Shown: piece by piece, positions 39,401 through 50,444 of the stretch
Numbering within the stretch: position 1 is the first letter of the stretch
Layout: each line of letters opens with the position of its first letter
DNA from: Gekko japonicus
Taxonomy: Eukaryota
DNA: 64,000 bases
NCBI RefSeq assembly: GCF_001447785.1
Contig: NW_015167532.1
Span: 1,319,246-1,383,245, forward strand
Direction of reading: 5' to 3'
Made by a program: the position numbers and the translations under genes
The notes under the pieces: model-generated
The model's database searches: none
What the model was told of the DNA's origin: nothing
The model's input: only the letters and a program-made list of their open reading frames with translations

Positions 39401-41757
39401 ACACATAAAAAGCTGATGTAATCTGGGTTAGCAACTGAGATCACTGAACAATTATAGAACAGGAGATACCTCATTTATTTCCGATATCTAAATTTCTCCC
39501 CTATAAGGAACCCAAAGCAGCGTACAAGGTTCTCCTCTCCTTCATTTTATTTTCGCAACAACCCTGAGAAGTAGGCAATACAAGGTACAAATGAAGTAAA
39601 TAAATAAGAATACAACTGTATGGGTGTGTGTATATGCAGACTAACTTTTAAGATCAAACAATAAAATGTGGAGGTTCCCATGGTTCAAGGAAATTAAATG
39701 ATCCTAGTATTCATGATACAAGGCCTTACCTGTTGGTTACTCCCAATATGAGCGTTCAACCAGATGGGCCCACCGAAGAAAGCCACCCCCAAAAAAGGAA
39801 GACCTAGCTCTGGACGCCAGGACGAAAGCACCGACCCTGAAGACCGCCGGAAGAAGTAGGAGCCAAGCCGGAGAACAGCAAGCCCCACCACCTGGGTGCC
39901 GGTAGGCAGCCCCTGCCCCTGTACCATGTGGCCGTAGATAGGGAAAGTAGACTTAGATTTTGTATGTAAACCGCCCAGAGACCCTTCGGGGTCAGAGTGG
40001 TATATAAGCCGAATGTATAAATATAAACTATCAAACTGTATAGCTACATACAAAGACACAATTGCTAAACTATAAAGAGGTTCCTATGTGATCACTTCTG
40101 TATACAAAGACTGAGTTCTCAATGCCCTCCTCCACCTGTAAGCCACTGTGCCACAGTCCCATGCCATTCCAGAGGGTCCTCTAGCCCTCAGGAGGGGCTT
40201 TTCATGGTTACTTTCTTCTCTGGCTCCAACACCTATTTGTTTGCCTTAGTTCTTCATCTATAAAATAAGAGCATTGATGAGCTATCCAGAACAGTTGTTA
40301 GAAACTAAGCAACAAAAACTGGAAAAGCAGTCTCCGTATAAAATCTTTACTGTTTGTAATATAAGCTGTGCCCAAAAGACAAAACGATGAGATTTGACGC
40401 ACGCTTAGTTTAAAAAGAAGTACATTTCAGAATTTAAAATGGAACATTTTTAGTTGCAATCTGAAGTACACTCATGAGAAAGCAAGCCCCATTGAAATAA
40501 ATAAAACTTGCTTCCCTCCTACAGAAAGTGGGCTGTTTCTCTATTGTTCAGAACTGGGCAATGAATTCTAAACAACTCACACCCCAGCAGGGAACAACCC
40601 AAGCCACAGAGGAAACAAAGTGAAAGGATATGATGGTTCCTCTTCACACTTATGTAAAGAACAAGAGAAGGTACTTTTTCGGTGGCAGTCAGGAATGAAT
40701 CTATATTTGCAGAATGCACCTGTATTTACTGGCATATAAGAACTATGTACAAGAGTAACCCAGAGGGGAGGGGGCTTGTGTCAAAAACATTCCCTTTGTG
40801 TGAATCATGGTCAAAATCAGGGCCAGTTCACACAAACAACAAAATGACACAGAAGGGGGGTGACTACTTTCTTCATTCAAAGTGCAAGTGAGGGGCTTAT
40901 ATGTTTGAATATTCCCTTAATCCCTCTGCACACATAAAAAAAACCAATCCAAGGAGAACATTTTTCAGCCTAGCCTTTTCCCACATTCCCCTCCCCCCAA
41001 TACACCATACATAATTTTGACATGGGAAACACCAAACACACTGCAAGCCCCCCCTTGGCAGCAGCCCTGATAAGGTACAGCGCAAGACAAACTTTTCCTA
41101 GTGACTACACTGCTGGAAGCTAAAATGCCTCAACAGAAGTTATCATGCTTTAGTCACACCGCGGAAAGACAAGCCTCATTGGAAAAGCCAAGGCCAGGAA
41201 AGGTTGAAGACAGCAGGGAAAGANNNNNNNNNNNNNNNNNNNNNNNNNNNNNNNNNNNNNNNNNNNNNNNNNNNNNNNNNNNNNNNNNNNNNNNNNNNNN
41301 NNNNNNNNNNNNNNNNNNNNNNNNNNNNNNNNNNNNNNNNNNNNNNNNNNNNNNNNNNNNNNNNNNNNNNNNNNNNNNNNNNNNNNNNNNNNNNNNNNNN
41401 NNNNNNNNNNNNNNNNNNNNNNNNNNNNNNNNNNNNNNNNNNNNNNNNNNNNNNNNNNNNNNNNNNNNNNNNNNNNNGTGAGATCGTTTCCTCGGTGGAA
41501 CCGCCTTCCTCAGGAGGGGGTGGGCTCTCCTTCTTTGGAGGCTAGATGGCCATCTGACAGCAGCAATGCTGATTCTGCACACTTAGGCAGATTATGAGAA
41601 GGGAGGGCAAGGAAGGGTTGCCTCAGTGCTTAGTTCTTACAGGCCCAGGGAAATGCTAACTGCCACTTTGGGGGTCAGGGAGCCATGTTTCTTCAGGCCA
41701 ATTTGGCTGGGAACCCTGGAGATTTTTTGTCCTCTTCTGGGCATGGGACAGGGGTCA

Positions 41758-41794
<37 letters not shown>

Positions 41795-42532
41795 AGAGGA
41801 GGTCTTTGTGAATTTCCCACATTGTGCAGGGGGCTGGACTAGATGACCCTGGAGGTCCCTTCCAACTCTGTGATTCAGCTCGCAAAGCACGAGCAAGGCT
41901 GTTTAGGAAGTTTTGGAGGCCGTTCATTCATAGGTCTGAAGCGACTGGAGGGCACGTAATACACACGGGAACAGGCCCTGCGCCCTTCCCCGGGGTGTAA
42001 AACCAGGCTCTCGGGGAAGGCCAAGCCCGTCAGACGAGGGGGCGAGGCCTACTCGGGGCCTCTCCCAAGCACAACACGGCCCCAGCTCCCCAGCGGGGGT
42101 GGCGGGCCAGAGAAGGGCCCGTCCTCTTCCCCCTCCGCCTCACTGGGCTCCAGGGCCTGCGGCGCCTCAGGAAACCGCGCGGGGGGGGGGGGGGGGGGAG
42201 GGTTCTAAACCGTTAACGGTCGCCAGCCGCCCCCCCTGCTCTTCTCCCCCGCCCCCGATGCTTTAGAACGCGGCGTGCCCGAAGTCACCNNNNNNNNNNN
42301 NNNNNNNNNNNNNNNNNNNNNNNNNNNNNNNNNNNNNNNNNNNNNNNNNNNNNNNNNNNNNNNNNNNNNNNNNNNNNNNGAAGAGCGGGCGGTGCCTCGA
42401 GCTCGGGGAAGGAGGGGGGTTAGGGCGGCCAAGGAAGATTACCTGGGGGTCTATGTCTCCCACCGCGTAGAACTTGACATCTTTGAACATCTCCTCGGGA
42501 ACCTTCAGCTCCCCCTCCTCTTCGCTCGCCAT
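13102..42532 (-). CDS. PAXIP1: PAXIP1/PTIP, spliced CDS of 21 coding exons, 3222 nt, 1073 aa; BRCT-repeat scaffold of KMT2C/D complexes and the 53BP1 DNA-damage pathway
   Basis: Exon translations match PTIP from [21 protein letters not shown] to [12 protein letters not shown]; all exon phases are compatible; splice dinucleotides read by hand. Confidence 0.97.
13118..14112 (-). other. U12-type AT-AC intron (last intron of PAXIP1)
   Basis: 5' site ATATCCTTT (14104-14112), branch TCCTTAGC (13127-13134), terminal AC. Confidence 0.9.
13580..13985 (+). mobile_element. Old L2 3' end inside the AT-AC intron
   Basis: TGGAACTCCCTCCC...GAAGACTTTTTGTTT and an L2-type terminus. Confidence 0.6.
14113..14173 (-). 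CDS. PAXIP1: PAXIP1 exon 20 ([21 protein letters not shown])
   Basis: 61 nt; AG acceptor, AT-AC U12 donor |ATATCCTTT. Confidence 0.93.
15087..15175 (+). mobile_element. Very short polyadenylated L1-like insertion
   Basis: AATAAATTGTTTTT plus A-run; 12-bp TSD AATAACAGATCT at 15075-15086 and 15176-15187. Confidence 0.65.
15640..15709. repeat. 35-bp tandem duplication in intron 19
   Basis: TAGAAGCCCATAATCCTCCAGTTATACATTC(T/C)CAC x2. Confidence 0.9.
15829..15904 (-). CDS. PAXIP1: PAXIP1 exon 19 ([25 protein letters not shown])
   Basis: 76 nt; AG/GTATGT. Confidence 0.95.
15993..16127 (-). CDS. PAXIP1: PAXIP1 exon 18 ([45 protein letters not shown])
   Basis: 135 nt; AG/GTAAGT. Confidence 0.95.
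17526..17626 (-). CDS. PAXIP1: PAXIP1 exon 17 ([34 protein letters not shown])
   Basis: 101 nt; AG/GTACAT. Confidence 0.93.
17996..18152 (+). mobile_element. 5S rRNA-derived SINE with BovB-like tail; fragments also near 29770, 38930, 46580
   Basis: AGTATTGGGATGGGAGACC...GGAATACC (5S 3' half); (AAC)n tail. Confidence 0.6.
18444..18612 (-). CDS. PAXIP1: PAXIP1 exon 16 ([56 protein letters not shown])
   Basis: 169 nt; BRCT5; AG/GTAAGT. Confidence 0.95.
18776..19660 (-). mobile_element. CR1 LINE 3' part in PAXIP1 intron 15
   Basis: [27 protein letters not shown]; (TTCTTATG) tail. Confidence 0.9.
19697..20054 (+). mobile_element. Sauria SINE, full length
   Basis: tRNA-like head with A/B boxes; (ACCTTT)n tail; TSD TATGCCTCAA at 19685-19694 and 20055-20064. 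Confidence 0.88.
20512..20614 (-). CDS. PAXIP1: PAXIP1 exon 15 ([34 protein letters not shown])
   Basis: 103 nt; AG/GTACAT. Confidence 0.94.
21102..21169 (-). CDS. PAXIP1: PAXIP1 exon 14 ([23 protein letters not shown])
   Basis: 68 nt; ttccag| and |GTGAGG; phase fits both neighbours. Confidence 0.9.
22198..22484. mobile_element. Palindromic MITE (about 135-bp inverted arms; PIF/Harbinger-like) in intron 13
   Basis: GATTCCCCAGAAGC...GCTTCTGGGGAATC; the arms pair along their whole length. Confidence 0.75.
22783..22826 (-). CDS. PAXIP1: PAXIP1 exon 13 ([15 protein letters not shown])
   Basis: 44 nt; AG/GTATGT. Confidence 0.93.
23214..23398 (-). CDS. PAXIP1: PAXIP1 exon 12 ([28 protein letters not shown]...LVLNLL)
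   Basis: 185 nt; AAG acceptor, GTAAGT donor. Confidence 0.94.
23942..24063 (-). CDS. PAXIP1: PAXIP1 exon 11 ([41 protein letters not shown])
   Basis: 122 nt; AG/GTAAGT. Confidence 0.95.
24235..25660 (-). mobile_element. RTE-X clade LINE, 5'-truncated, young, in intron 10
   Basis: [20 protein letters not shown]-terminal CxC...HILLDC; (ATTG)n tail; perfect 14-bp TSD CCCTCACCTCTTTC at 24221-24234 and 25661-25674. Confidence 0.85.
26394..26531 (-). CDS. PAXIP1: PAXIP1 exon 10 ([46 protein letters not shown])
   Basis: 138 nt; AG/GTAAGA. Confidence 0.95.
27130..27490 (+). mobile_element. CR1 3' end (second subfamily; relative at 63565-63943)
   Basis: GTGATTAAAATGTGG...TCACTGCCAGAGGATG and CR1 terminus. 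Confidence 0.75.
28266..28361 (-). CDS. PAXIP1: PAXIP1 exon 9 ([32 protein letters not shown])
   Basis: 96 nt; AG/GTAAGA. Confidence 0.95.
28838..28932 (-). CDS. PAXIP1: PAXIP1 exon 8 ([31 protein letters not shown])
   Basis: 95 nt; AG/GTAAGT. Confidence 0.95.
29967..30696 (-). CDS. PAXIP1: PAXIP1 exon 7 (glutamine-rich region, [10 protein letters not shown]...LFGHDPSAE)
   Basis: 730 nt; ttctag| and |GTTAGT; overlaps ORF 29962..30618. Confidence 0.94.
30454..30498 (-). repeat. Coding Q15 tract (CAG)6(CAA)2(CAG)6CAA
   Basis: Read directly in exon 7. Confidence 0.9.
31025..31333 (+). mobile_element. Young CR1 3' end in intron 6
   Basis: Nearly identical to 61978-62282; TCTTATGTTCTTATGTTCTT tail. 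Confidence 0.88.
31925..32201 (-). mobile_element. Squam3-like SINE
   Basis: Reverse complement of the 10881 family. Confidence 0.8.
32505..32710. mobile_element. hAT MITE family A
   Basis: TIRs; 8-bp TSD CTTGGAAG. Confidence 0.88.
33721..34356 (-). CDS. PAXIP1: PAXIP1 exon 6 (end of BRCT2, poly-Glu run, Ser/Pro-rich linker)
   Basis: 636 nt; within ORF 33622..34314; ctcag| and |GTAAGT. Confidence 0.95.
36444..36557 (-). CDS. PAXIP1: PAXIP1 exon 5 ([38 protein letters not shown])
   Basis: 114 nt; AG/GTAAGT; BRCT motifs GG and THLI. Confidence 0.95.
36665..36728 (-). CDS. PAXIP1: PAXIP1 exon 4 ([21 protein letters not shown])
   Basis: 64 nt; preceded by U12-like branch TCCTTGAC; donor |GTAAGA. 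Confidence 0.93.
36729..37794 (-). other. U12-type GT-AG intron (PAXIP1 intron 3)
   Basis: 5' site GTATCCTTTT; branch TCCTTGAC (36744-36751) 15 nt from the intron end. Confidence 0.9.
37084..37170 (+). mobile_element. Penelope-like terminus with minimal hammerhead core; degenerate relatives near 16255, 25990, 60545, 62750, 63160
   Basis: TAT-CTGATGA-A-GTGTGCTTGCACAT-GAAA-GCTT-ATA followed by the shared TTGTTGGTCTTAnAGGTGCCACTG block. Confidence 0.6.
37795..37838 (-). CDS. PAXIP1: PAXIP1 exon 3 ([15 protein letters not shown])
   Basis: 44 nt; tttcag| acceptor, U12-type donor |GTATCCTTTT. Confidence 0.93.
38497..38631 (-). CDS. PAXIP1: PAXIP1 exon 2 ([45 protein letters not shown])
   Basis: 135 nt; tttag| acceptor, |GTGAGG donor. 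Confidence 0.95.
39085..39292 (+). mobile_element. tRNA-derived SINE with CR1-like tail
   Basis: TGGCTCAGTGGTAGA A box, GGTTCAATACC B box. Confidence 0.7.
39745..40028 (+). mobile_element. L2-tailed element 3' end; second copy at about 59440-59625
   Basis: Shared CCACCACCTGGGTGCCGGTAGGCAGCCCC core and GTAAACCGCCCAG-type terminus. Confidence 0.6.
41224..41477. other. Assembly gap; others at 178-251, 11669-11703, 18342-18408, 42290-42379
   Basis: N runs. Confidence 0.99.
41478..41878 (+). mobile_element. CR1-type 3' element containing a (TG)n microsatellite at about 41761-41792; relative at 63205-63362
   Basis: GGACTAGATGACCCTGGAGGTCCCTTCCAAC terminus. Confidence 0.65.
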
Positions 42533-43170
42533 GGTCTCGCCCGACTAACCGCCGCAGCTCCTGCTGTACCGGGTTTATGATTACGATGATGATGATGATT
42601 TCCACCCAGGGGTTGGACTCCCCTCCAAGGCCCCGGGGTCTCCCACCTCCCAGCCCCCTCCCACCAGCAGCCTAATCGCGGGAACAGGGCGCGCGCTGCG
42701 GAACGGACCATCTCTTCCAGGTCAATGAGAGGGGGGGGGTATGGAGACATCATTAGAAGCGGGATTTTCCTCCATGCTCTTGGAGACGCCTACTAAATAG
42801 CAGAAAACCGGGAGTCCCGTGAAAGATACACTTTCCGGTTTCACTGTCTCGCTTGAGGACTAAACTGGGCAGTCTGCGTAGCGGAATACCGTGCTCCCCT
42901 TATTAATCTGCACAATGGACTCGTCTAGATCCCGCCCACTAACAAAACAACCGGTAGTAAAGGCGCCGCTCGAGCCATCCGCTTCGTCCCCCCGAAGCCC
43001 CGCCCCCTGAGCGCTTCACGCCCTTGGCTCCGCCCAAGTACTCCCCTTTCCCGGCTTGGTAGAATTCGCTCGCTCTTCTCTGAGGGGAATGATAAACTGG
43101 AGTTTGGGGGCACTTTAAAGACTAATAGTTTTATTGTGGCAGCGAGTAATTCCAGAGAGGCAGCTGCGCC
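41960..43170. promoter_or_regulatory. CpG-island promoter of PAXIP1
   Basis: CpG/GC-rich stretch around exon 1; GC boxes near 42931, 42999 and 43028; ETS-like TTTCCGG at ~42832; GGGATTTTCC at 42761-42770; G18 run at 42181-42198. Confidence 0.8.
42443..42532 (-). CDS. PAXIP1: PAXIP1 coding exon 1 ([30 protein letters not shown])
   Basis: Kozak-like GAGACCATGG; in-frame TAG just upstream (42545-42547); donor CAG|GTAATC. Confidence 0.95.
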
Positions 43171-43597
43171 GGCAGAAATAAAGAGAAATCTCTGTAGTAT
43201 AAAGCAACAGACAAAAAATTTATTCCAGCATAATTTTTTATGGACTAGAGAGGTCCGTGAAAACTTATTCTAGAATGAAACGGTGCTAGTCTCCACTTCG
43301 ACTGCTGTTTTACTGATGCTTTCACACACAGTGAAGAATGCACTTTCAACGCACTTTGCAACTCGGATTTTAGATTTTACTGGTGAAAGACAAGATCCGC
43401 TTGCAAACAATCCCTAAAGTGCACTGAAAGTGCGTTCTGCAGTATGTGTGAAATTGTTTTATTAGTGCTGCAGAAACGTTCCTTCACCAGAGCCCCTTTC
43501 ATCATATGCTTAAAGTTTCAAGTTACTGTGGGTATAAAATACATTCTCAGTGTCACAGATTGTACATCTTTCGTTTCATTATAAGTGTGTGGGCTGG

Positions 43598-43990
43598 CCA
43601 CTCAATGAAATTGCTGAGCAGTTGGATTAGAACGGATAAAAGGCAGTACTTCTTCACCCAAAGAGTGATTAACACATGGAATTCACTGCCATAGGAGGTG
43701 TGGCGGCTACAAGCATGGACAGCTTCAAGAGGGAATTGGATAAACCTATGGAGCAGAGGTCCATCAGTGGCTATTAGCCACAGGGTATAGATAGGAACTG
43801 TCAGGCTGGGGCAAGGGATGCTCTGTGTTCTTGGTGCTTGGGGGGGAGGGCTTCTAGTGTCCTCCTGGCCCCACTGCTGGACCCCCTGATGGCACCTGGT
43901 ATTTGGCCACTGTGTGACAGAGTGTTGGACTGGATGGGCCATTGGCCTGATCCAACATTGGCTTCTCTTATGTTCTCTTACGTTCTTATG
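43598..43990 (+). mobile_element. CR1 3' end
   Basis: [31 protein letters not shown] plus tail. Confidence 0.86.
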
Positions 43991-44376
43991 TGTGCATGCA
44001 TATGTGTGTATGTGTAGTTCTCTGCTTCTTCAGAGCACAGGACAAAGTCATCTCAGACTAAGCCTATTAAAATCAGTGGGCTTGGACTGGAGAAACTCTG
44101 TCAAGGATTGCAGTGTTTGTGATATTAAATCACAGGAGGATAGATTTTGGTTTAACTATAGGGAAAATTTCCTAATGGCAAGAGTGCTGCCACAACAGAA
44201 CCAGTTTCCTGGGTTGTCCCCTTGCTAGAAGTCTTCAAGCAGAGACTGAACAGCCAGTGGAGGGGTCCTTTAGAGGTCCTGCATTGAGCTGCACTAGAAT
44301 GGTCTATAGGCCATGGCTACTGGAGATGCAGCAAACATCTGAAAACCAATTGCTGGGGTCAACAGCTGGTGGCAGG

Positions 44377-44582
44377 CAATGTTCCCTCTAAGCTGTAGAG
44401 TCCTGTGAGCAAAAATTCTACTTTGTGAGCTACTGGCATTAAAGTTGTGAGCAGGTGATTTGGCTACTGCATAAATTAGTGTGTTCTGGAGCCCTCCTTC
44501 CTGAGCCAAGACAAAAATCTGTGAGCCGGAGGCTAAAAAACTGTGAGCTAGCTCACACTAACTCAGCTTAGAGGGAACACTG
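44377..44582. mobile_element. hAT MITE family A
   Basis: TIRs; 8-bp TSD GTGGCAGG. Confidence 0.88.
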
Positions 44583-46952
44583 GTGGCAGGTAGGGTTTCC
44601 AATTTCCACATGGGGCCTGGAGATATCCTGGAATTACCACTGATCTCCAGGCTGCTTTGGTGGATGGACTCTATGGTTGTATACGAGGATTGCCAGATCC
44701 AGGTTGGGAAATACCTGGAGATTTTGGAGGGTGGAGCCTGCGAAGGGTTTGGGGAGGGGAAGGACCTCAGCAGGGTATAATGCCATAGAGTCCACCCTCC
44801 CAAGCCGCCATTTTTTCCAGGAGAACTGATCTTGGTTGTCTGGCGATCAACTGTGATAACGGGAGATCTCAGGTGCCACGTGGAGGTTGGCAGTCCTATG
44901 GTATACCCTGCCAAGGAACATCATATCCCCCAATCCTGCCCACCCTGGGTTGCCACCCCCCAAATATCCAGGAATTTCCCAACCTGACATTGGCAACCCA
45001 ATGGCAGAAGCTTTGACTCTATCCAGGCGAGAAGACAACATGAGTTGGGACTCTTAGCACAAGGTCTTATTCTTCTGTCCTTATCGTCCCGGCTCTCCTC
45101 ATCTTTCAGTCCACAGCGGTCTAGTCTGCCCATCAACAGACTAGGGTCTCCCGAATAGGACCAATTCAGAACATCAACCATGAAATAAACAACAGCTATT
45201 AAAACAGATTACAAGATGGTTCTTGTAATTTGTAGATTTCAAGAACGTCAAAGCTGAACCCCGTGGGTCCTCAGGGCAAACAACCAGACCTTTTCTTTTC
45301 TTTTCTTTTTAAATTATATGAAGTTTAATTTCTGTCAAACAAAAGATTTATTCTACAGGCAACACAATGCTCTAAAATGATACAGCAGAAAATAAGACAA
45401 CTAGATTAACTATCGAATGCATTTCCAAGATCTGCATTAGATGGCACAAACCTGAAGTCCAAGAGTCAAAGGCCTCTTTGAGAATGCTCATGCATTCTCT
45501 ATAATGCTAACTATTGCAATATAAGCCTATCATAGTCCATCAGAAATCAAAGTTGTCCACCTTTCTCCAGGATCTTAGCTCAATTATAGTTTTTGGCCAA
45601 GCAGCATCAGGTGATGATGACACCCAATCAGGATACATTCTTGCTGGAACCATCTAGAAAATTACCTCATCACTCCTGATTTCCCCCCCCCCCCTTGTCC
45701 CTCCGTGAGGCGCCGGGTCTCCTTAGGAGAGCTAATTCCCACACTTCCAGCTCTGGCCTTGAAGATGATAAGGGCTGCTAGGCCGATTAGTAACCCCTGC
45801 AGGATGGAACAAGCCAGTTACCTTTCACATTAACCCTTGAAGGGGAAGCAGGGGCACTTTGCCTCACAGGAGGGTTGCCAACGTCCACATAAGGCTTGGA
45901 GATCTCCTGGAATTAGAACTGATCTTCTGGTGACAGGAATCAGTTCCCCTGGAGAAAATAGCTGCTCTGTGGCATTATACCCCACTGAGGGCTTGCCCTG
46001 CCCCAAACCCAACCCTCCGCAGGCTCCACTTCAAGATCTCCAGATCCTTCCCAACCCAGAGTTGGCATCCCTATCTCATCCCCCCCCCAGTGCAGCAGAT
46101 GAACACTTGGCTACCTCTCTGGAATTTCTGTGTGGGAAATCCCCTTCATTTTCTTCCCACAGCCCCCATCTCTGTGTGTTCCCTTCACATTTCTCTGATT
46201 CTAGCAAGACCCCAGTCCATAGTTTCTGCAAGACAGTTCCTCTTCCCATTCCTTTTGCGGCATATCCACTGTAAACCACAGGCTGGCGTTGATTTTAATA
46301 GCTTTGCTAGTTCACAGTGGGGGTGGTGGGTGGGGTTCCCAGAAGCAGCAAAAATATTAACGTTTATTAGACCCTGTTCTTACAACCAACAAAACCGTGC
46401 CAAAACAGAGACCAAGCTTTCAAATTTTCCAGGCGAGGAAGATCTTCGCTCCCTTTTTATTGTAATCGAGCATTAAGAAGAGTTCCGAGGGACTCAAAAA
46501 TTTGCTCACAGTTTTATTGGACTTAATAAAAGGTGTTGGACTACACCTGACCTGGTTCGCCCTGTCCTTGATGACCCAGGCTGGGCTACCCCAGTGTTGT
46601 CATATCTCAGAAACTAAGCAGGTTAGTACTTGGATGGGAGACCAAGTTGGCTTAGACTTGGCAGCACTTTCCACCATGTGGTTGATGGAATGAGCATTCA
46701 CACATTATGGAATACACAGGCTGGATCAGGGATCCTTACCTGTGTGACAGTCAGAGGTGACGTGTGGGTTATCCTCAATTGCTGTGCATGCGGGGCTTGG
46801 TTTGGACTGGAACCATGACTCACACGGAATAGTATGAAACACACACACACCCCAGCTGCTGTTTTCCCCAACCTGAAATGGCCTGGTTGCGGAAACCTAC
46901 GCATTCCTTGGGATACACATGGTATTCTTTAATGTGCCATTTCATGGTATGA

Positions 46953-47232
46953 AAGAAGAAGAGAGAAGAGATTGGATTTATACCCCGCCCTTCACTACCT
47001 GAAGGAATCTTAGAGCAGTTTACAATCCCTTTCCCTTCCCGTCCCCACAACATACACCCTGTGAGGTAGGTGAGGCTGAGAGACCTCTTTTGAGAACTGC
47101 CCTTGAGAGAACAGCTCTGAATGAACTAACGACTGACCCAAGGTCACACCAGCAGCTGCATGTGGAGGAGTGGGGAATCAAACCCAGTTCTTCCAGATTA
47201 AACTCTGCACTCTCAACCACTACATCAAAATG
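46953..47232 (-). mobile_element. Squam3-like SINE
   Basis: Same family. Confidence 0.78.
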
Positions 47233-50200
47233 GCCCCGTCCCCACATGTACTGTGACCTGATCCAAATTGTGCACACCATTTGTGGGAATGGAAGAGAAT
47301 CCACATGTCATGTCTGACAGTTACACAGAGTGGGAACCCCAGACCAAAGCTGTGAATATGGGCCTCATCTAAAAAATGGGAAACGTCCTTTTGCCCTCTC
47401 CCCTTCCCCCACACAAACATACCTGTGAAAGAGAGGCAGCGAATGACCACCTTTTAACTCCCCTCCACTTTCTACATATACATGCAAACGTGTATATCTG
47501 GGATTTTTATGCTCATCCAGCCGTATTTTCAAGAATATGGGAAGGATGACGCTATCTACCTTCCTGAATTCCCAAAGGAAGACATGTAATCAAGAGCGGG
47601 TTTCAAATGCCCCAAAAGACTGAGGGCCATGTGAGATGCTAGGTTTATGACCTATTCAAAGGCTGCAGCCAGACACACAGATGTTAGGAGAAGTTTAGGT
47701 GAGGATGTAATTTTAAGCTTTAATTAGGGCTTGGAAGTACCATCTGGTAGTTCTGCGCATTTTAGGCAGAGCATGACTGAGTGTTTACTGCCAACTTTTA
47801 TGGCTGTTTGAGCGGACTTCTGCTGCTTGTAAATGGATAACAGAATGGCCCATCTGGGAGGTGACCACTGCAAGAGTCAGGCACCAATCCACTAGTGAGC
47901 AAAAATCACTAAACGGGTGGGTTCAGTACCTAGATATGAAGAGCCAGCTTCACAGGGTTTCTAGTCAACTGGTGGAATTTGGGGAGAAATTTTCTAAAAC
48001 AAAATTTTGACACCTACAGTATGTTTTTATTTCTTATTTTTAATTGTGGGGGGGGGGCAAAGACTCCCAAGAGCCAATGTGGTACAGCTGTTAGAATATT
48101 GGACTAAGAGCAAGGCAATCCTAGTTCATGTCCCCACTCGCTATTGGCTGACCTTAGGCCAATCACACTCTTTGCCTAACCCACCTCACAAGGTTGTTGT
48201 GAGGATAACACAGAGGAGGAGATAACTGTGCATACTGCCCTGATTTCCTTGAAGGACGGGTGGGATAGAAATGCAGACAATAAATCTTACATGCAACTGC
48301 CCCAGGTGTGGGTTTGAATGTTTGTGTAATGTATAGTTGTGGTCACACACGCCAGAATAAATGGGGGAGGGGGCGAGGCTATTCCCTCCGGAGGGATTTG
48401 ACCCCCGGTTGTGCAATCACACAGTCCTTGGAAGCTGCGGGCACAGCCCACCACCGTGTGATCAGACGCAACCACGGGTGAGTCAGGTTTGTTGGGGGTT
48501 TTTTTTGCTGTTTGTTCCCGATACGCTTAAACAAGGAATCGATGAATCACATCTCTGCACTGAGGGCTCCCTATGGAGTTTGTGATGATGCGCATACTGC
48601 GAAGGGGGGATAAACAATGGCACGGAGTCAGGATGGCCTGATCACACCATCCCGACGCCAGGAGAGCGCGCTGGAGCGATCAGACAGGGGGAAGTCCATC
48701 CATGGCCCGTCGCAACCCCCTTTTCTACCGGATTCCCCCCCCCCCCCGGGTTTTTTTAATTCTGCATCTGCGGCGGAGCAGAACGGGTTGCCAATGGCTG
48801 AGGGGCGCTTCCCAAATGTTGTTGTCTGATCGCGCCCTTTAAATCTGCCGGGCATTTGCGTCTATGGCGGGTCTAATTGTGCGTATGATCGCAGCCTACG
48901 TTTGTATATTTCTATATTTTTTCCCCCTGGAGGACTTTAGCCAGGAATCAAGACCAGCATCTCTTGTATGCTACACTTTCCCCACTGAGCCACAGCTTAA
49001 CGTAGGACCACGTGACTGTGGAGAAGGGAACATGGTATGGGTCAGACCACCAGCAGGTCGGGGGAGGGGGGGACCCTGTCCCTTTAACAAAGATTTAATA
49101 TGCAAAAAATGGACAGTGGAAGCATGACATGGAGCTAAATAAGACTCCCTGCGCATCCCAATCAATATTTTAAAGCGACAGCTAGAACGGCCATTTTAAA
49201 AACAGGCAATGCTAGTTACAGGACAGGCCCATGGGACACTATAGAAGCCCTATCATGGGTATTGGGATGCTTTGGCATGGGGGCCAATTATTACTTACTT
49301 ATGTTTATTCGCTTCTATGACCAAAGGTCTTAAGCTCCATGGGGCAAATGATTCATGTACTTATCTCCTCGGCAGTGTTGCCAACTTCGGAGCAGAGGCT
49401 GGAGTTCTCCCAGAATTAGAGCTACAGAAGCCAGTTCACCAGGAGGAAAGGGCAGCTTCAGCCGTGGCATCGCATCATCCCCGCTGAACTCCTTCCCCTC
49501 CATCCTCCCCAGGCTCCACCCCAGATCTCCAGATATCCCCCCCCACCCCCGCTCAGAGCTGGCAACCCTAACGGGGACCCAAAATGGCTCGCCATATTCT
49601 CCCTCTCTCTGTCTCATCCCACAACACCCCTGCGACTGAGAGTGACTGACCACAGGTCGCCCAGCAAGCCTCCATGGCAGAGTGGGGATTCGAACCTGGG
49701 TCTCCCGGATCCTAGCCTGACACTCTAGCCACTGTACCATGCTGCCCGATTCCCTGGTTTGATCTCATTGCTTTGTGAATGTAAAGGCTTAGAGAAACCC
49801 GTAGCAAAGCCAAGAAGAACACAATGACCAGACAGCAGTGTTGTTTGGAAACTCCCAGAAGAACCGCTCATGCTTGAGAGCCAAGGTAGAGCAAGAGCTC
49901 CATGCAGAAGTGACCTTTGTTTCTATGGCTGTATGGACGGGATGCTTTGAATTCTGGTTCTAAGCTTGCCATGGGGTTGCCAGCTCTGGGTTGGGAAATA
50001 CCTGGAGAATTTGGAGTCCGAGCCTGGAGATGGCAGGGTTTGGGGGAGGGGAGGTATAAAGCCACGGAGTCCACCCTCCAAAGCAGCCGTTTCCTCCAGG
50101 GGAACTTATCTCTGTTGCCTGGAGATCACTTGTAAAGGGGGGGGGGAGTCTCCAGGCCCCACCTGGAGGTTGGTAACCCTAGATTGCCATCTCCAGGTTG

Positions 50201-50238
50201 GGAAATTCCTGGAGAGTTTGGAGATGGAGGCTGGGTAG

Positions 50239-50444
50239 CAGTGTTCCCTCTAAGCTGAGTTTATGTGAGCTAGCTCACAGTTTTTTAGCCTCCGGCTCAC
50301 AGATTTTTGTCTTAGCTCAGGAAGGATGGCTCCAGAGCAAACTAATTTATGCAGTAACCAAATTGCTCGCTCACAGCCTTAACGTCAATAGCTCACAAAG
50401 TAGAATTTTTGCTCACAGGACTCTACAGCTTAGAGGGAACATTG
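50239..50444. mobile_element. hAT MITE family A, nested in an AGGGTTGCCA-type MITE
   Basis: TIRs; 8-bp TSD CTGGGTAG. Confidence 0.88.

Noticed and set aside
41101-41582. Long ORFs spanning N runs (also at 124-518, 18156-18607, 42205-42580)
   Set aside because: Artifacts of assembly gaps.
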